Part shown: in pieces, positions 58,545 through 64,000 of the stretch
Layout: every line of letters begins with the position of its first letter
Position numbering within the stretch: position 1 is the first letter of the stretch
DNA from: the human T2T-CHM13v2.0 reference genome, Homo sapiens
Length of the DNA stretch: 64,000 nucleotides
Reading direction: 5' to 3' (one strand)
NCBI RefSeq assembly: GCF_009914755.1
Contig: NC_060927.1
Made by a program: the position numbers and the translations under genes
The notes under the pieces: generated by a model
What the model was told of the DNA's origin: nothing
Seen by the model: only the letters and a program-made list of their open reading frames with translations
The model's database searches: none

Positions 58545-59160
58545 ACACATATCCACTCAATAAATATTTGTTGCATGAGTGAATGAATGAATGGATCACT
58601 TTGGGTAATTCAGCCAGTCTGTCAATTATTTGTTGGGCATTTATTATATGCCAGGTACTATGTACCCTGGGTACATAGTACATAGCTTATATTTTAAGGG
58701 TAGAGACAAACAGTAAAACAAAAAAATAGAGAACTGACTAGAATAATTATAAATTGTGATAATGGATATGAAGTAGTAAAAATTGATAGAAGAGGTGCCT
58801 GCTTTGGCTAGGGTGGTCATAAAAGTGACTTCGAAGATGATACTCTGCCCATTTCCTAAAGGAAGACAAGTGGAAGTTACCAGGCCAAGAGCCAGGGAGG
58901 AACTTTTACAAGCAAAAGACAAGTTGGTGAGTTCTGGGAAAGGACAGCAGGGTAGCGTGGCTAGTGGCATAGTAAGTGTGAGTGATGCAGGCAGGGTCAC
59001 ATCATGCAGGGCCTTGCAGGCCTTTGGGAGTTTGGGTGCTGTTTTCAGTGCAATGAAGAGAAACCATTGAAGGTATTTAAGCAGAAGAGTGACACTGTAG
59101 AAAAATCATTCTGGATGCTGGACGGAGAAGGTATTGGCAATGGGAGCAAGTCAGGACATT
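58545..59160. mobile_element. L2 fragments
   Basis: CACTCAATAAATATTTGTTG..(TGAA)n 3' end; opposite-orientation GCATTTATTATATGCCAGGTAC..CCATTGAAGGTATTTAAGCAG segment. Confidence 0.65.
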
Positions 59161-59325
59161 TACTGTTTTGATAAAGGATTTTATAGGTAGTGAAGCTTAA
59201 GAGATATGAGAAATATGAGGATCTCCAGCTCCTACACCCTGTCAGTTTCTGTTGGGTTAAGTGTCTATGTCAAGTGGGTAGTAGTAAAATAGCCATGGCT
59301 TACTCCATGGTGAGCCTAAGGGTTA

Positions 59326-59676
<351 letters not shown>

Positions 59677-61429
59677 TTACTATCCTAACTTGTCTTGAAA
59701 CGGTGGTCTTTTGGCTCCAGGGCAACCTGTTATTCGGTCTCTTTTCTAGCTCTGTTTTGGTTCTTTCCCCTTCCCTCCTGTGATCACCTGATTGCAGACA
59801 TTCCTTAAAATTCACAATTGAACTTGACTTTCCTCTTTCCACTTTTTTCCTTCAGTAAACTGACCCTGTCTCAGCTTAGCAAGTTTGCTCTTGAAGCTTT
59901 GATTTGAAGCACCAATGGGACTTTTAAATAAGAAATTTCCTTAAGCAGTTGGAGGTGTGAACATCCCTCCAAAAGAAGCAGCTGGGCTCAGGAAACACTT
60001 TTAATATAGAGATGCTTGATAATACCCTAGGAGATTCTGGTTCAGTAGGTCTGGGTAGGGCCTAGGAATCTGCCACTTGGCAAAGTACCAAACCACTGCT
60101 GTGGAAGTATTACAACCAACCAGGCTACCAGATGTGCTCACCAAAGGCCAGAGCCCCATTCACTCCCACTGACTTTGTGTGCTTTCATAAATCCAAGCAG
60201 TGTCAGATACACACCAGCCTTCCTCCCTGACCCCTCAGGAGAGCAGAGCCCTTACTGAGGTCACAAATTGTGCAGTTTAGAAGCTGTGTATTTCAGAAGA
60301 GAAGAAAACGATGTAAAAAGCCAGAGGTGACCCTAGAAAAAAACTAGCAGAACTTCTGAATTTGGAGAAATAAGGGAATTAGTAACTAGCAAATAGTTCA
60401 TTGATTAGTACAAATCTATTTATTTGGGCATTGCTATCTTCCCCACACTCAGCTGAGGAAGTGAAAGGTAGGGAAGAATCTTCAGTGAAAGGAAAAGAAG
60501 TAGGTCTTCTCGAATCATGGGATTCTGCAGGTAAAGACAGTCTGGCCAGCTTGGTCACGAACACACTGGGACTGGTGAAAGGGGTTTCCTTTATGGATGG
60601 AGAGGGATGCAGCAAGGCATAAGGATGATGTCAGAGAAAAGTGTGGCCATTTTTAAAATTCTTGTAAAGACAGCCCTCAGCTCCCATCCTACTGGGACAC
60701 AAGGTCTCGGTGGCCAAGGTCAGAACTCTGCCCAGAACTGTGAATGTGCAACACTCCTTCAGGCATATTGTGGGTTAAAAAGTGTCCTGTTGGCTGACAG
60801 GGGCACCTAATTCCATCCTTAGGGAAAACTATTTCTATAGTAAAATATGTCTTAAATTCTCTATAACAAATGTACAAATATATTTTATAAGGACATATGT
60901 GTTTAAGCTTGAAGACTGCCTACATATAGCACTTGGAGAAATTCGCTTACACCAGCATGTGGCCTACAACCATACAGCCAGAACACACACTGTTTATAAT
61001 AGCTCTCATACCCTTTGCATTCTTAGATGCTGTATTATCTTTATCTTGGTAAACTCCAAGAAAAAATACAGAAAGAGATTTATTGTGATCAATTTGCCCA
61101 TAACATGATGGGAACAATGAAGAATGTTGTTAGAGGAAAAGCTTAATCGTAATTAAAGTTAGGTGCAAGTTGCTTATGTGTAAATTATTCTGAGATATAA
61201 ATAATATACATCTGCATCTGTTTGGCTCTGCATTAAGTATTAAGATACTTATGTATCTTAAATGCAGTTTACTAAATTGTCCCCATTTCCCCATAAAGCA
61301 TAATTTTTAAGCTACAGGGAAGGGTTTTATCCACTTCCCTCATCCTCACCTGCATTACATTAACTTCTCTTTTGGCCTCTCCTCTCTCCTTCATCTTTTT
61401 CTTTTTAGTCAAAAGCTATGAACCCTCAC

Positions 61430-61809
61430 TGATATGGTTTGGCTGTGTCCCCACCCAAATTTCATCTTGAATTGTAGTTCCCATAATCCCCACGTGTCAT
61501 GGGAGGGACCCAGTGGTGGTGATTGAATCATGGGGGCAGTTACTCCCATGCCATTCTCGTGATAGTGAGTGAGTTCTCACGAGATCTGATGGTTTTATAA
61601 GGGGCTTTTCCCCCTTTGCCCGGCACTCACTCCATCCTGCCGCCCTGTGAAGAAGGTGTCTGCTTCTCCTTTGCCTTACTCCATGATTGTAAGTTTCCTG
61701 AGGCCTCCCAAGCAATGCGGAACTGTGAGTCAATTAAACCTCTTTCCTTTATAAATTACCCAGTCTCGGGCAGTTCTTTATAGCAGCATGAGAACAGACA
61801 GACAATACA
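61430..61809 (+). mobile_element. THE1D-like MaLR solo LTR
   Basis: TGATATGGTTTGGCTGTGTCCCCACCCAAAT..AATACA; 5-bp TSD CTCAC (61425-29 and 61810-14). Confidence 0.92.
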
Positions 61810-63333
61810 CTCACTTCAGAAAAGTATACACAAAACCCAGCACATTATTTCAAGAGGTTTGTAGTCTCCTGTTTTCAAATATATGGCAGGACCTCATGAT
61901 TAAACATACCTGCTTTCTCATTTTCTTTCTATCCCTCCTTCTGTCTCCTCTCTCCTCCCCTCCCTTTTTCTCCCCTCCCGTTTTCCTTTCTCTTTCTCAA
62001 GCTCTTTCACCTATCCGCAGGTTTCACAATGAGGAGCCCTCTAAGTGCTTCTGTAGACATTATCTTATCTTGCCTTCACGGCACCCTGTGCACAATGCCA
62101 TGTACCATTTTGTGAGGCTCAGTGGAAGGGCTAAGGGGGACAGGAGGCCAGCCTGGGCTCTGCCATCATAGCTACTTGCCAGAGGAAGGGATTCACTTTT
62201 CTTGCATAAGTTTGCCATCTCTCCTTACCAAGCCCTGTGTCCATAGGTCTTCCCTCAGACGGAGGGAGCGCTTTTTCTAATTCACCAACCCAGAAGAGAA
62301 GCCATTTCCAAATTTGCACAAGGGCACTGGTTAGCAGAGCTGTGGCCTGCCACACCTGCCTCACTGGTGAAGCAGGTGTCATTTTCCACATTTTGGAGAT
62401 GAGGACATTAACGTTAATTTAACTGAGGCTAAATTTCTTGCTCAGGGTGACATCATTGGCAAAGACAGAAATCAAGCTCTGTTGGGTCTGACCTTATAAC
62501 TCATGTTCTCTTCTCTACTGTTTGCACAATTCCCTAAGTATTTGTCTTGAAGGGCTAAGTTTTGTCATCCTTTCTCAGTGTGACATCTTTCTGAACCATG
62601 TTGTAACACTGAGTCTTTAGGAGACTCACAGCCCTGCAGAAAGCAACGCTCTTTTTGTGTCCCTTCTCCTCTCCTCTCAATTTCTTGTTCACCCCCAACC
62701 CCCTCAGTATTCTTCTCTTCACTCAATAAATATGAGATGGTGTCCTCTGCTTTCTAGTGCCTTGGTAGAATAAGAAGTAAAGCTATATCTTCAGATGGAA
62801 AATAGAATAAAAATAATTCACAACTGCATTCTAAAAATGTAAACTGTTTACTTATTTCATTGAGGCTTGTTATATTTTCATAAATTCTAGAAGCAATGAC
62901 TAGTGATTAGCTATATCTAGTATTAGATAAGAAAAAGGATTAAGAAGTGATGCAAGATAAAGTCCATTCTTAGTTTAAAAAGAATGGACTTTAGAATTAG
63001 GTAAACATAGAGTAAATCCCAACTTGACCACTGTTAAGCTTGGGCAATTAAGGCTTCTTTTCCCTATCTGTAACGTGGGCATTTTAATAATAGCTATCTT
63101 CTTAAGAATTTTAAAATATTGTGCCTGGTAGGTTGTAGGTACTCAGAAAGTATTAGTTTCCTCTCTTTCATCTTTCTTTAGATTGCTAACATCTTAAAGC
63201 ACCATGTCTTATTAATTTTTATTCCCTGCACCGGCCATGTAAGATATTCAGTAAATATCTGTTGAATTCATTATTATCTGCTTTACTCATACAGTTGTAA
63301 AGATTAATCCTTGGAGTGATTCCATTTGGATGC

Positions 63334-63718
63334 TGATATGGTTAGGCTTTGTGTCCCCACCCAAATCTCATCTTGAATTGTAATTCCCATAATCTCCAGG
63401 TGTCAAGGGAGAGAATAGGTGGAGGTAATTGAATCGTGGGGGCAGTTTCCCCAATGCTGTTCTTGTAATAGTGAGTGAGTTCTCAAGACATCTAACAGTT
63501 TTATAAGGGGCTCTTCCCCCCTTTTCTTGGCACATCTCCTTCCTGCTACATTGTAAAGAATGTGCCTTGCTTCCTCTTCATCTTCTGCCATGATTTGCCA
63601 TAAGTTTCCTGAGGCCTCCCCTAGCCATGCTGAACTTTGAGTCAATTAAACCTCTTTCCTTCGTAAATTACCCCGTCTCAGGTATGTCTTTATAGCAGTG
63701 TTAAAACATACTATTACA
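63334..63718 (+). mobile_element. THE1D/MSTA-like MaLR solo LTR
   Basis: TGATATGGTTAGGCTTTGTGTCCCCACCCAAATCTC..TATTACA; 5-bp TSD GATGC (63329-33 and 63719-23). Confidence 0.92.
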
Positions 63719-64000
63719 GATGCTAATCTGTTAGTTTAAAGCATTATGAAATGTTCTAAGTAATAATTGAAAACAATAAATTTTATCAGGTTTTTTCTCC
63801 AAGACTCACCTCTTTCTCTGATTTCCTATCCATCAACAGCTCTCAGAACAAGAGGCTTGCCAAGCTTCTTATGTTATCACACACTCACTTCTTTTAACAG
63901 AGGCAGGAGTTGTGGCAAAATCAAAATTATCTCTTTGATTGACAATGTGAAGACATCTCTAAGAGAACAACTTGTGAAACAGAATTTAAAACTGTCATTT

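Noticed and set aside
61430-63718. Two same-orientation THE1-type LTRs ~1.5 kb apart as one full-length THE1 provirus
   Set aside because: Each LTR has its own 5-bp TSD (CTCAC vs GATGC), they differ in sequence, and the spacer contains MIR-like pieces. They are independent solo LTRs.

Overview
Primate, most likely human, genomic DNA: AT-rich, CpG-depleted and dense in interspersed repeats. The whole window appears to lie inside one + strand coiled-coil gene that I recognise from the spliced translation as LEKR1. Four internal coding exons (5089-5274, 41759-41840, 55209-55286, 55630-55833) splice GT-AG into one open frame. The introns hold a full-length sense L1PA4-like LINE-1 (28708-35072) with an intact ORF1, an extended antisense ORF0 and a dead ORF2. 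They also hold several older antisense L1s, Alus, MIR/L2 fragments, MaLR solo LTRs, DNA-transposon MITEs, a degraded KLF3 retrocopy (+) and a CRADD retrocopy (-) that still has a 140-codon CARD-containing ORF. Structures the gene and repeats do not explain: (1) a 211-bp, ~94% identical inverted duplication of apparently unique DNA with nested palindromes (43980-45679); (2) a tailless, younger-subfamily L1 fragment inserted backwards into the L1PA4; (3) an L1P split by much older DNA; (4) a possible stop-free 282-nt circRNA. I see no evidence of a new multi-gene system; these are candidate oddities. Repeat subfamily calls and gene identities come from memory of consensus sequences, not database searches.
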